In this document: positions 38,304 to 46,966 of the stretch, one piece after another | Position numbering within the stretch: the first letter of the stretch is position 1 | How the letters are laid out: the number at the start of each line of letters is the position of its first letter | Assembly: GCA_951813615.1 (NCBI GenBank) | Contig: OX638377.1 | Coordinates: 3,434,599-3,498,598 of the forward strand | DNA from: an uncultured Latescibacterota bacterium | Lineage (GTDB): Bacteria; Latescibacterota; UBA2968; UBA8231 | Length of the DNA: 64,000 nt | Direction of reading: 5' to 3' | The notes under the pieces: model-generated | Seen by the model: the letters and a program-made list of their open reading frames with translations, nothing else | What the model was told of the DNA's origin: nothing | Databases searched by the model: none | Translations under genes and position numbers: made by a program

Positions 38304-38675
38304 GAGGTGTAAGTCGGGTGGGCGCGCTAGCGGCCCTTAGCGGTCGCTGGTGAGGAAAGTCCGAGCTCCACAGGACAGGATGCTGGGTAACACCCAGGGG
38401 GGGTGACCCCACAGACAGTGCCACAGAAAACACACCGCCCAGCTTGCTGGGTAAGGTTGAAAAGGCGAGGTAAGAGCTCACCGCACCTGCGGCGACGCAG
38501 GTGGCAGGGTAAACCTCATCCGGAGCAAGGCTAAATAGGGGAAAAGAGGTGGTCCGCCTCGCTAAATTCCCGGGTAGGCCGCACCGAGGCGGTCGGGCAA
38601 CCGCCGCCCCAGATGAATGCCCACACAGCGCACTTCAGGTGCGTGGACAGAACTCGGCTTATAGACTTACTCCTC
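38304..38675 (+). ncRNA. rnpB: RNase P RNA, bacterial type A
   Basis: Universal P4 elements GAGGAAAGTCCGAGCTCC and ACAGAACTCGGCTTA. The GGTAAGAGCTCACC and CCGGAGCAAGGCTAAATAGGGG blocks parallel E. coli rnpB. The 5' gtaagtc pairs with the 3' gacttac (P1). Ends are +/- 5 nt. Confidence 0.93.
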
Positions 38676-38728
38676 CCACACCCGGGGCCCGGCGGCTCCG
38701 GGTGATTTTTCTTTCTTTGGAGAGGTAT

Positions 38729-39940
38729 ATGTTCCTTCTGATCGCCGCGCTGGTGTTGATTGCCGCGCAACTTCCCGCCCAACAGCCCGAGCGCTACGCG
38801 ATCGAGCCGCTGGTTTCGCAGCTAGCCGAAGGCTATATCGACTGGACGCAACACGTGCTCTTTGCCTATGGCGAAAGCACCGCGCCCCCGGAGGTCACCG
38901 ATCCCGTGCAGCAGCGGCTCCACGGGTTGCGCAATGCCCGGGACGCGGCGTTCCGCAACATGCGCGAGCTAATCGGCCAAGTACGCCTCAACGCCGATAC
39001 CCAACTGCAAGACGCTGGCCTCGATCGCGATTTTCAAGAATTTGTCCGCGTGGCCATTGGCTCGCAAAGCGAGGACCAAGGACGCTATCGCATCGCCGTG
39101 CGACTGCTGTTACTAGGCGATTTCGCGGCCGCGGCCCTGCCCCAAGTCGAGCCTCTAGACCCAAGATCATACGACCTAAGCTACTTCGACGACGCCCCCG
39201 CAGCACCAACGACGACCGATTCGCTTGAGATGTCCGTTGCCACCGATTCACTCGCAATGACAGCCGCCGATTCACTCGCAATGACAGCCGCCGATTCACT
39301 CGCAATGACAGCCGCCGATTCACTCGCAATGACAGCCGTCGCCGATACCCTCGCTGTGTCAGCCACCACTGATTCCCTCGCCATGCCCGCTACTGCCGAT
39401 TCGCTAACGGCACCAGCCACCGCCGATTCCTTCGCGGCAGATGAAGTCGTGTTTTTCGTGCCCGAGGCACCCTATACGGGTCTGCTCGTCGATGTCCGCG
39501 GGCTCGGGCTGCAACCGAACATAGCACCGAGGGTGCTCAGCGCGGCGGGGCACGTAATTCACGGCGCGGCTACCGTGGACCGCAGACTCGCCGCAGACTA
39601 CGGAGTCGCCGGCTACGACGACGACATCGACCACGCCTATAAAAGCGAGCGGCTCGGCGGCGAGGAAGCCAATCCTTTTATCGTCAGGGCTACGGGCACG
39701 GCCGGTCGCTACTCGGGCGATGCCATCATCGACAACTTCGATGCCGCGCAGGTGCTGCAAGCCGATGAGGCCGGCGACTTCCTGCGCCAAGGCCGGGTGA
39801 CCTTCCTCCTCGGCCCCGAGCCAGCGGCCTTCGATGCTACCTATTTCGATTCTACCTATACTGACACTTTCATGTTAGAAGGAATGGAAGATGAGTTTGA
39901 GTTTTACGGGGAAATGGAACCAAGCGACCCAGCGGAATAA
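38729..39940 (+). CDS. Secreted protein with central Ala/Thr/Ser-rich tandem repeats
   Basis: ATG at 38729 after GGAGAGG gives the signal peptide MFLLIAALVLIAAQLPAQQ. The ORF-track start at 38549 would run through rnpB. The centre contains the DSLAMTAA repeats. Confidence 0.65.
   Translation: MFLLIAALVLIAAQLPAQQPERYAIEPLVSQLAEGYIDWTQHVLFAYGESTAPPEVTDPVQQRLHGLRNARDAAFRNMRELIGQVRLNADTQLQDAGLDRDFQEFVRVAIGSQSEDQGRYRIAVRLLLLGDFAAAALPQVEPLDPRSYDLSYFDDAPAAPTTTDSLEMSVATDSLAMTAADSLAMTAADSLAMTAADSLAMTAVADTLAVSATTDSLAMPATADSLTAPATADSFAADEVVFFVPEAPYTGLLVDVRGLGLQPNIAPRVLSAAGHVIHGAATVDRRLAADYGVAGYDDDIDHAYKSERLGGEEANPFIVRATGTAGRYSGDAIIDNFDAAQVLQADEAGDFLRQGRVTFLLGPEPAAFDATYFDSTYTDTFMLEGMEDEFEFYGEMEPSDPAE
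39219..39440 (+). repeat. Tandem repeat region: four perfect or near-perfect 24-bp units (39245-39340, gattcactcgcaatgacagccgcc) flanked by degenerate 24-30-bp units
   Basis: Read directly. It encodes (DSLAMTAA)x4, flanked by DSLEMSVAT, DTLAVSATT, DSLAMPATA, DSLTAPATA and DSFAA. Confidence 0.9.
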
Positions 39941-40706
39941 CTCGCTGGTCTGCGTCGGGCTAGATACCGATCCCGCTCAGTTACCCGCCAGCGTCCGCGC
40001 CAAAGCCGATCCCGTCCTCTACTTCAACCAGCAAATCATCGACGCCACCTGCGACCTCGTTTGCTGCTACAAGCCCAACTTCGCTTTCTACAACGCCCTC
40101 GGCGCGGACGGCTTTGCCACGCTCAAACGCACTCTCGACCACATCCCCGAGGACATCCCGGTGCTCATCGACGCCAAGGTCGGCGACATGGGCAATACCG
40201 CCGAGCAATACGCCCGCGCCTTCTACGAAATCCTCGGCTGCGACGCGCTGACAGTGACGCCCTATTTGGGCCACGACTGCGTCGCGCCCTTCACCGCGTA
40301 CCAAGACCGCACCACCTTTATCGTCTGTCTGACCTCCAACCCAGGGGCTGACGATTTTCAGAAAAACCATCTAGGCGACCGGCCCCTATACGAGCGCGTC
40401 ATTGCCAAAGCCCACGAGTGGAACGCCGCCAACAACATCGGCCTAGTCGTCGGCGCGACTCAACCCGAGCACTTGGCCCACTTCCGCTCCCTAGCACCGG
40501 ATATGCCCTTGCTGATGCCCGGGATCGGCGCACAAGGCGGCTCTGTAGAACTAGCAGTCAAAAACGGCTGCGATGCTCGTGGCGCAGGCATCCTCATCAA
40601 CTCCTCGCGCGACATCCTCTACGCCTCCCAAGGCAGCGATTTCGCGAGCGCGGCCCGACAGGCGACCCTAACCCTGCGCGACACCATCAACGCCCACCGT
40701 CCCTGA
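39891..40706 (+). CDS. pyrF: Orotidine 5'-phosphate decarboxylase (type 2)
   Basis: NSLVCVGLDTDP, LIDAKVGDMGNT and PGIGAQGG motifs, 271 aa. It overlaps the upstream gene by 50 nt. Confidence 0.88.
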   Translation: MSLSFTGKWNQATQRNNSLVCVGLDTDPAQLPASVRAKADPVLYFNQQIIDATCDLVCCYKPNFAFYNALGADGFATLKRTLDHIPEDIPVLIDAKVGDMGNTAEQYARAFYEILGCDALTVTPYLGHDCVAPFTAYQDRTTFIVCLTSNPGADDFQKNHLGDRPLYERVIAKAHEWNAANNIGLVVGATQPEHLAHFRSLAPDMPLLMPGIGAQGGSVELAVKNGCDARGAGILINSSRDILYASQGSDFASAARQATLTLRDTINAHRP

Positions 40707-40753
40707 GCCGTTGTTGCCATCGTCTATAGCTATATCTATTTTTTGCAACGAGT

Positions 40754-40831
40754 CGGGGTGTGGCGCAGTCCGGTTAGCGCACCTGCTTTGGGAGCAGGAT
40801 GTCGTCGGTTCGAATCCGACCACCCCGACCA
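40754..40831 (+). tRNA. tRNA-Pro (anticodon UGG), CCA encoded
   Basis: Folded by hand. Acceptor stem CGGGGTG/CACCCCG, D stem GCGC/GCGC, anticodon stem CCTGC/GCAGG with loop TTTGGGA, T arm GTCGG-TTCGAAT-CCGAC, discriminator A plus CCA. Confidence 0.93.
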
Positions 40832-40899
40832 CCCCTTTCCCTCCAGCACCCCTCCCTTCGCCCAGCGAAATTCGCAGCCCTTCGCGGCAAGGATAAACC

Positions 40900-42237
40900 A
40901 TGGCACGAGAAATCAAGGCTTTGCTCGACGAGGAAATTGCAGCGTACGCAGTGCGCAATCCCCGTTCGCAGGCGATGTTTGCGCGGGCCAAGCAATCGCT
41001 GCCGGGCGGCAACACGCGCACTGGCGTCCACATTGATCCTTTTCCCCTATACGCCGACCGAGGCGAGGGAGCCTATCTCTACGACATCGACGGGCACTGT
41101 CTGACCGACTTCGTCAACAACAACACAGCCCTGCCCTTGGGCCATGCCCATCCCGCCATCGTCGACGCGCTGCGCGAACAAATCGGTCTCGGCACTGGGT
41201 TTTCACGACCCCTCGTCCTCGAAGTGGAGATGGCCGAGATGCTCCGCGAGCGCATGCCCGCGCTGGAGAGAGTGCGCTTTTGTTCCTCGGGCACTGAAGC
41301 CGTGCTCAACGCCCTGCGCGTGGCGCGGGCCCATACCGGACGCACCAAAGTCGCCAAGTTTGAGGGAGCCTACCACGGGATCGACGACAGCGCGCTAGTG
41401 AGCTACTTGCCGCCGCTGGGGCCGGAGCTAGGGCCAGCAAGCAAGCCGCAGGGCGTGGCCTCTTCGGCCGGACTGATGGCCCGCACTCTCGACGAGGTAG
41501 TCGTGCTGCCCTTCAACGACGCGGCGACCTGCGCCGAGATCATCAACGACAACGCCCAAGACCTAGCCGCCGTGATCGTGGACCCGCTCTCCACAGCCGC
41601 CGGGCTGACGCTGCCAGAGCCCGGTTTTTTGTCGAGCCTGCGCGAGGCGACCACCCGCGCCGGTGCCCTGCTGATCTTCGACGAAATCGTCAGCTTCCGC
41701 TTTGGCCCGGGCGGGACGCACACGGCCTATCAAGTACAGCCCGATCTAATCTGTTTGGGCAAGGTAATCGCCGGAGGGACGCCCGGTGCAGCTTTCGGCG
41801 GCCGCGCCGACGCCATGGACCTATACGACCCAGCCGACGGGCCGCAGATCCAACAGTCCGGGACCTTCAACGCCAACCCCATCGCCCTAGTCGCCGGCTT
41901 GCAGACGCTCCAAGCGCTAACTCCAGAGGCGTACGAACAGATGGAAGGGCTAGCGCGGCGAGCGGCTGAGGGATTGGAGGCCGCGTTTGGCGAGGCAGGT
42001 GTTGCCATACAGGTAGTCGTGGCCGGGTCCATATTCCGGCTGTACTTCCTCGAACAGCCGCCGCGCAATTTCCGCCAAGCAGCGCAGGACGACGCGCAGA
42101 TGCACCGCTGGCTGTTCTTCGCTCTGCTCAACAGGGGGCTGTACACGCGGACGGGCGGCAACGTATCGCTGGCGACCGAGACTCACCACATCGACGCGCT
42201 GGTGCAGGGAGTGCGCGAGGTGGTGCAAGTACTGTAA
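40900..42237 (+). CDS. Class-III PLP aminotransferase, glutamate-1-semialdehyde 2,1-aminomutase-like
   Basis: LIFDEIVSFRFGPGG and CLGKVIAGG (PLP lysine) motifs, 445 aa. Not assigned to hemL because several paralogous families share these motifs. Confidence 0.75.
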   Translation: MAREIKALLDEEIAAYAVRNPRSQAMFARAKQSLPGGNTRTGVHIDPFPLYADRGEGAYLYDIDGHCLTDFVNNNTALPLGHAHPAIVDALREQIGLGTGFSRPLVLEVEMAEMLRERMPALERVRFCSSGTEAVLNALRVARAHTGRTKVAKFEGAYHGIDDSALVSYLPPLGPELGPASKPQGVASSAGLMARTLDEVVVLPFNDAATCAEIINDNAQDLAAVIVDPLSTAAGLTLPEPGFLSSLREATTRAGALLIFDEIVSFRFGPGGTHTAYQVQPDLICLGKVIAGGTPGAAFGGRADAMDLYDPADGPQIQQSGTFNANPIALVAGLQTLQALTPEAYEQMEGLARRAAEGLEAAFGEAGVAIQVVVAGSIFRLYFLEQPPRNFRQAAQDDAQMHRWLFFALLNRGLYTRTGGNVSLATETHHIDALVQGVREVVQVL

Positions 42238-42245
42238 CTCCCCGC

Positions 42246-42602
42246 ATGACCAATAGCGCATGGCGGCGTATACTTCTGTGGAGCCTGTCCCTGAGCATGG
42301 TTTGCTGCGGCGGTTGGGGCCGCCAGCCTCCGTCAGCAGAGCCGCCAACCACGGCCACAGCAACAGCCCACTACGCCTATTACTGTGCCGACTGCCACGG
42401 ACCCGACATGGATGGGGGCATGGCTAGCAGCCTGATCGACAGCCGCTGGGATTACGGTGCAAGCGACGCGGCCATCTTCGCGAGCATTGCCGTGGGGATT
42501 CCCGAGGACGGCATGCCCGGGTTTGGCGCGGTGCTGGACGCAGCCCAAATCGACGCGTTGGTGCGCCTGATGCGGGAGGCCGAGCGCACGCAATCCCATT
42601 AA
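42246..42602 (+). CDS. Mono-haem c-type cytochrome
   Basis: Signal/lipobox-like N-terminus, CADCHG (CxxCH) haem-binding motif and a distal Met region (DGMPGF). Confidence 0.8.
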   Translation: MTNSAWRRILLWSLSLSMVCCGGWGRQPPSAEPPTTATATAHYAYYCADCHGPDMDGGMASSLIDSRWDYGASDAAIFASIAVGIPEDGMPGFGAVLDAAQIDALVRLMREAERTQSH

Positions 42603-42693
42603 TCCCCCACCGATTTTCTCCGATCTTGCCATTGATGCGAATACGGGCGCTAGCATTTATGGTATAGCTATATAACCGAAGGTTTAAAAAAAC

Positions 42694-43830
42694 ATGCGAT
42701 ACAGCATCTATCTAGTTTGCATCCTCGCCATTGCAGGAGACGCCGCAGCCCAACAGATCGTCCAATCCGAGGAACACACCTTTCGCGTCGAGACCTTCGC
42801 CACCGGCTTGGGTGTACCATGGGGCCTCGCTTTTCTGCCGGATGGACGCTTGTTGGTCACCGAGCGCGAGGGACGGCTACGTATCGTCGACACCAACGGC
42901 GAGGTCTCGCCGCCCATCGACGGCGTGCCCACAGTGGTTGCCAAGGGACAGGGCGGGCTGATGGACGTGACCTTGCACCCCCAGTACGCGGAGACCGGCT
43001 GGATTTACCTCAGTTACTCCGATCCTCTGCCCGGTCCGTTGGGTGGCATGCTGAGTTATACGGCCATCAGCCGCGGACGACTGCAAGAGGAGGGGTTGGT
43101 CGATGTAGAAGTAGTTCATCGCGTCCCGGATCAATTCTACACTCGGCACTCCCACCACTACGGCTCGCGCATCGTCTTCGACCGCGAGGGCTATCTGTAC
43201 CATGCAATCGGCGACCGCGGCCAGCGGCCCCTCGCCCAAAACGTGAAGCTGCCCAATGGCAAAATCCACCGCTTGCACGACAGCGGCGGCATCCCGTCCG
43301 ACAACCCCTTCGTCGGCAGCAACGGAGCCATTGCGTCGATCTGGTCCTACGGCCATCGCAACCCCCAAGGCATGGCCATGCACCCGGAGACCGACCAACT
43401 GTGGGCAGCCGAACACGGCCCCAAGGGCGGCGACGAACTCAACCTCGTGCGTCGAGGGCTAAACTACGGCTGGCCAGCCATTACCTACGGCATCAACTAC
43501 GACGGCACGCCCATTACCGACCAAACCCAAGGCGACGGCATGGAGCAGCCACAAACCTATTGGGTGCCGTCGATAGCGGTCTGCGGCATTGACTTTTACA
43601 CCGGCGAGCAATTCGGCAACTGGCAAAACGACCTGCTGGTGACCTCGCTGCGCTTCAACCGCCTGCACCGACTGCAATTGAAGAACACAGAAGTGGTACG
43701 CGATGAGATCGTGTACCAAGGCGAGTCGCGGATGCGCGACGTGCAAACCGGGCCGGACGGCGCAATCTATCTCGCGGTGGAAGACCCGGGGCGGATTTTG
43801 CGGCTGGTGCCGATAGAGCAGGGACAGTGA
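42694..43830 (+). CDS. PQQ-dependent sugar (glucose/sorbosone) dehydrogenase, soluble beta-propeller type
   Basis: Signal peptide. GLGVPWGLAFLPDGRLLVTEREGRLRIV, GHRNPQGMAMHP, EHGPKGGDELN and NYGWP motifs. Confidence 0.85.
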   Translation: MRYSIYLVCILAIAGDAAAQQIVQSEEHTFRVETFATGLGVPWGLAFLPDGRLLVTEREGRLRIVDTNGEVSPPIDGVPTVVAKGQGGLMDVTLHPQYAETGWIYLSYSDPLPGPLGGMLSYTAISRGRLQEEGLVDVEVVHRVPDQFYTRHSHHYGSRIVFDREGYLYHAIGDRGQRPLAQNVKLPNGKIHRLHDSGGIPSDNPFVGSNGAIASIWSYGHRNPQGMAMHPETDQLWAAEHGPKGGDELNLVRRGLNYGWPAITYGINYDGTPITDQTQGDGMEQPQTYWVPSIAVCGIDFYTGEQFGNWQNDLLVTSLRFNRLHRLQLKNTEVVRDEIVYQGESRMRDVQTGPDGAIYLAVEDPGRILRLVPIEQGQ

Positions 43831-43894
43831 GACGGAGATAGTCCACTCGCGATGTATTACCTTATTATCTGTATATGGGCAAGGATCGAGATAT

Positions 43895-44740
43895 ATGAAC
43901 CACATCCAAATTATAGAGCAAGTTTACAACGCACTCTCTGCGAAGATCACCCAAGGCGAGATCCCTATTTCTCTTCGAGCCCCTACCTTAGTCGGCACAG
44001 TCCAAGACGCCCCATTTGACTGCTGGGTTGCGGATACGATCAGAGATGTGCTTCCAGATATCGAAGTATTCCACTCAGGGAAACTGACTACTCCGGATCT
44101 CGTGTTGAGATACAAGACGACCAACTCACTGCTCGGTCTCGAGGTCAAAAAGCTCATCCAAAAGGAGGACGGCAAAGACCCACGAGGTCTTACCATCGAC
44201 TACAATAGCTGTCTTCCCTGTGGAAAAGCCCTCGTGAAGGTCGGCGAGAACACTGTCGAGGTGCCTTGCTTTTATTTTTTTGCACTTCTCAGTCCCAATA
44301 GTTCTTCGATGGTCACAACAATCCTGACGGACGGAGACTTCCTCAACTACGATTTTGATCTTCATAAAGACGCAAAGTATGCAAATCAAAGCGAGTATAA
44401 CCATGGTCCATACGGAGAAGGCTCCGTCCGCCATCGCAAGATGTACACCTATCCAAATCCACTCAACTACAAGCTGAGCTTTTTTTATTTGCGCCACCTT
44501 CTAATCGTGAAACAATACGACCTTCCATCTATTGCGGCACGAAGAGTCTCCTGCACAGACTTGATTATCCGTGATGACAAGTATAAGAACTCTTTTCGCT
44601 ACATCGTGATCGATGCTACGAAAAATAGAGCGAAGCCGTTGCCACTCGATGAGCTGCCCGTGCAGCAAGACGTTTTTAAGATGTGCAAAGCGCGTAGGCC
44701 AAAGGAGCGAACCGCCTCCATGCCGCAGCTCCCGGAGTAA
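43895..44740 (+). CDS. PD-(D/E)XK nuclease-like protein (candidate restriction endonuclease)
   Basis: 281-aa ORF. TTPDLVLRYKTTNSLLGLEVKKL contains P67-D68 ... E83-V84-K85, the PD-(D/E)XK catalytic pattern. It ends 3 nt before the methyltransferase gene. I recognise no other family motif. Confidence 0.5.
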   Translation: MNHIQIIEQVYNALSAKITQGEIPISLRAPTLVGTVQDAPFDCWVADTIRDVLPDIEVFHSGKLTTPDLVLRYKTTNSLLGLEVKKLIQKEDGKDPRGLTIDYNSCLPCGKALVKVGENTVEVPCFYFFALLSPNSSSMVTTILTDGDFLNYDFDLHKDAKYANQSEYNHGPYGEGSVRHRKMYTYPNPLNYKLSFFYLRHLLIVKQYDLPSIAARRVSCTDLIIRDDKYKNSFRYIVIDATKNRAKPLPLDELPVQQDVFKMCKARRPKERTASMPQLPE

Positions 44741-44743
44741 AGG

Positions 44744-46936
44744 ATGCCCCGACTCATAGAGAACGATTTTCCGTATGCTCGTCTTTCCGTGATTGCAGAG
44801 GCCGAATCGTGGAGAAAAGAAGTCCACCGTCCAGTCTATTACATCCATAAATGGTGGGCGCGTAGATTGGGATCTGTTTTTCGGGGTATTTTGCTGGGTG
44901 CATGTCTCGACGAGAAAGAGGACTTCTGGAAGTGCTTTTATGGGAAGAACGATTTTGCTAAAACTGTAATTTTTGACCCTTTCATGGGGAGTGGAGTTAC
45001 CATAGGAGAAGCGATTAAGCTTGGTTGTACCACTTTAGGTCAAGATATCAATCCAGTTTCGTATCTCGCATGTCGTGCTGCCTTCACGAAGTACGATCCG
45101 TCCGAAGTCGTCGCTACATATCAACTCCTTGAGCACACGGTCGGCCCCAAACTACTGAACTACTTCGAGACGCGAACAGAAGAAGGTAGTAGGGCAACCG
45201 TACTGTACTACTTTCTCGTCAAGGTTGTGTCATGTCCACAATGCGACGAACAGATCGACCTTTTCAAGTCTCGTATTTTCTCAAAGAACGCCGTCCCGCG
45301 CAAAGACCCTAGTGCCCGTGCACTTTGCCCTAGTTGCGGTGCCGTTAACGCGACTCTCTATGATGCTGATTACGTGAAGTGCTCGGATTGTGGCACAACG
45401 TACAACCCACAACAAGGCAATATCAAAGGGGCGAAAGTCGAATGCGATAAATGCGGCCATACATTCCGCCTTGTTGAGCGGATGAAATCAATACGTGGCC
45501 CTCTTGGTTATCGCCGGTACGCCAAGATGATTCTCACCACGGATGGACAAAAACGATACGCTTCTATGAATGCTTTCGATGACGCCCTTTTAGAAGACAT
45601 CGCACAAGAGTTTACTTCCATCAGATCCTCCTTTCCTCAGATTGAAATCACACCGGGTTACAATACAAATCAGATTTTGAAGCACAACTACCGCTTCTGG
45701 CACGAGTTGTTTTCCGATAGACAGCTCCTTTGCATCCACCACTTACGGGAAGCGATTCGTCAGATTGACCACGCCGATCATAGACTCCTCTTTGCCTGTC
45801 TGTTCTCTGGAGTGCTTGAGTTCAATAACCTATTTGCATCTTTCAAGGGGGAAGGAACAGGGGCCGTACGGCACATGTTTTCACATCATGTCCTCAAACC
45901 TGAAGTGATGCCAATTGAAGCAAATGTCTGGGGTACGAGTAAGTCGTCTGGATCATTTTCTACCTTGTTCCGCTCTCGCATCCTAAATGCGCTTGCCTAC
46001 AAAGCTGATCCAACAGAACTCTATGTGACATCGGGGAAGAACAGTAAAGTTGGAGGAATCAATCGACCTCTCGCCATCCCGGTTTCCAACGAGTTTGCCT
46101 TGTCCAATAATGGGAACGACGCAGTTTATCTCACTCAAGGCGATTCCAGTCGTACCAGTATTCCAGCCCGCAGTGTGGATATCATTGTAACTGATCCCCC
46201 ATTCTTCGACAATGTTCACTACTCCCAACTCGCCGATTTTTTCTTTTACTGGCTTAACCAGCTTTTGGATTATTCCAAAGCCGAAACGACGAGACGGAAA
46301 GACGAAGTCCAAGATACGAGTTCTGTTCTCTTCGCAAACAAACTGACATCCGTGTTCTCCGAATGCCACCGCGTTCTCAAGCATACCGGGCTTCTCGTGT
46401 TCTCCTATCACCATGCTCGACACGAAGGGTGGACATGTGTCCATAGAGCTATACGACATGCCGGATTCGTGTGCAAACAGGCTTATCCGATTAAGGCTGA
46501 AATGTCTGTTTCCACGCCTCTGAAACAGGCAAAGACGCCGATACATTTGGACTTGATACTCGTCTGCGGCAAGGAAAACAACGGGATTGCCCACCACGTC
46601 GCTAACGTCGACATTACTCATGTTCTCCGCAGTGCAGAGGACCAAATTCGCGCCCTCAAATCGGCTAATATATCCGTCTCACTTGGAGATGCGAAGGTGA
46701 TTCTCATGGGACGCTTCCTATGCGAAGCTCACCGCCTGTGGAACCTGGACAAGGAAGAGACGTTCCTGGCCGATATTGAAAGACATATTGACGACTACGT
46801 AGCTGACGTGATCAAAGTCCAAGGAGAGGCTCTATATACACAAGACCCCTCTGAACAACTGGTCCTTTTTGAAGAGATGGCCAAGTATTTGACCCATAGG
46901 GAGAATTCGGAACAAGGCGGTAAATCGCGGCCTTAA
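44744..46936 (+). CDS. DUF1156-family DNA methyltransferase with internal zinc ribbons
   Basis: N-terminus FPYARLS..AE.ESWRKE.....IHKWWARR is the DUF1156 hallmark. DPFMGSGVTIGEAIKLGCTTLGQDINPV is the SAM motif I. VTDPPFFDNVHYS (aa 484-487 DPPF) is the catalytic motif IV. Four CxxC pairs are present (CPQC/CPSC, CSDC/CDKC). Confidence 0.75.
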   Translation: MPRLIENDFPYARLSVIAEAESWRKEVHRPVYYIHKWWARRLGSVFRGILLGACLDEKEDFWKCFYGKNDFAKTVIFDPFMGSGVTIGEAIKLGCTTLGQDINPVSYLACRAAFTKYDPSEVVATYQLLEHTVGPKLLNYFETRTEEGSRATVLYYFLVKVVSCPQCDEQIDLFKSRIFSKNAVPRKDPSARALCPSCGAVNATLYDADYVKCSDCGTTYNPQQGNIKGAKVECDKCGHTFRLVERMKSIRGPLGYRRYAKMILTTDGQKRYASMNAFDDALLEDIAQEFTSIRSSFPQIEITPGYNTNQILKHNYRFWHELFSDRQLLCIHHLREAIRQIDHADHRLLFACLFSGVLEFNNLFASFKGEGTGAVRHMFSHHVLKPEVMPIEANVWGTSKSSGSFSTLFRSRILNALAYKADPTELYVTSGKNSKVGGINRPLAIPVSNEFALSNNGNDAVYLTQGDSSRTSIPARSVDIIVTDPPFFDNVHYSQLADFFFYWLNQLLDYSKAETTRRKDEVQDTSSVLFANKLTSVFSECHRVLKHTGLLVFSYHHARHEGWTCVHRAIRHAGFVCKQAYPIKAEMSVSTPLKQAKTPIHLDLILVCGKENNGIAHHVANVDITHVLRSAEDQIRALKSANISVSLGDAKVILMGRFLCEAHRLWNLDKEETFLADIERHIDDYVADVIKVQGEALYTQDPSEQLVLFEEMAKYLTHRENSEQGGKSRP

Positions 46937-46966
46937 ATGAGGTTGGACGTAAAGAAAGCAACAAAC

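Larger units (their letters stand above)
43850..46940. other. AT-richer two-gene islet (restriction-modification-like)
   Basis: Sampled 60-nt lines inside are about 48% GC (e.g. 44281-44340), against about 57-65% in flanking lines. Codon usage switches visibly to A/T-ending codons. No integrase or flanking direct repeats were seen. Confidence 0.6.

Noticed and set aside
38549-38728. ORF-track start at 38549 for the repeat protein, running through the 3' third of RNase P RNA.
   Set aside because: The region is explained by rnpB (P4 and 3' elements). An in-frame ATG at 38729 has a GGAGAGG RBS and starts a proper signal peptide.
39245-39340. Possible CRISPR-like array (perfect 24-bp repeats).
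   Set aside because: The repeats are directly adjacent with no spacers, are in frame in a coding sequence, and no cas genes are present.
40754-43894. tRNA-Pro considered as the integration site of the AT-rich islet.
   Set aside because: Three ordinary high-GC genes (about 3 kb) separate the tRNA from the islet. No repeat of the tRNA 3' end was seen at either islet boundary, and there is no integrase.
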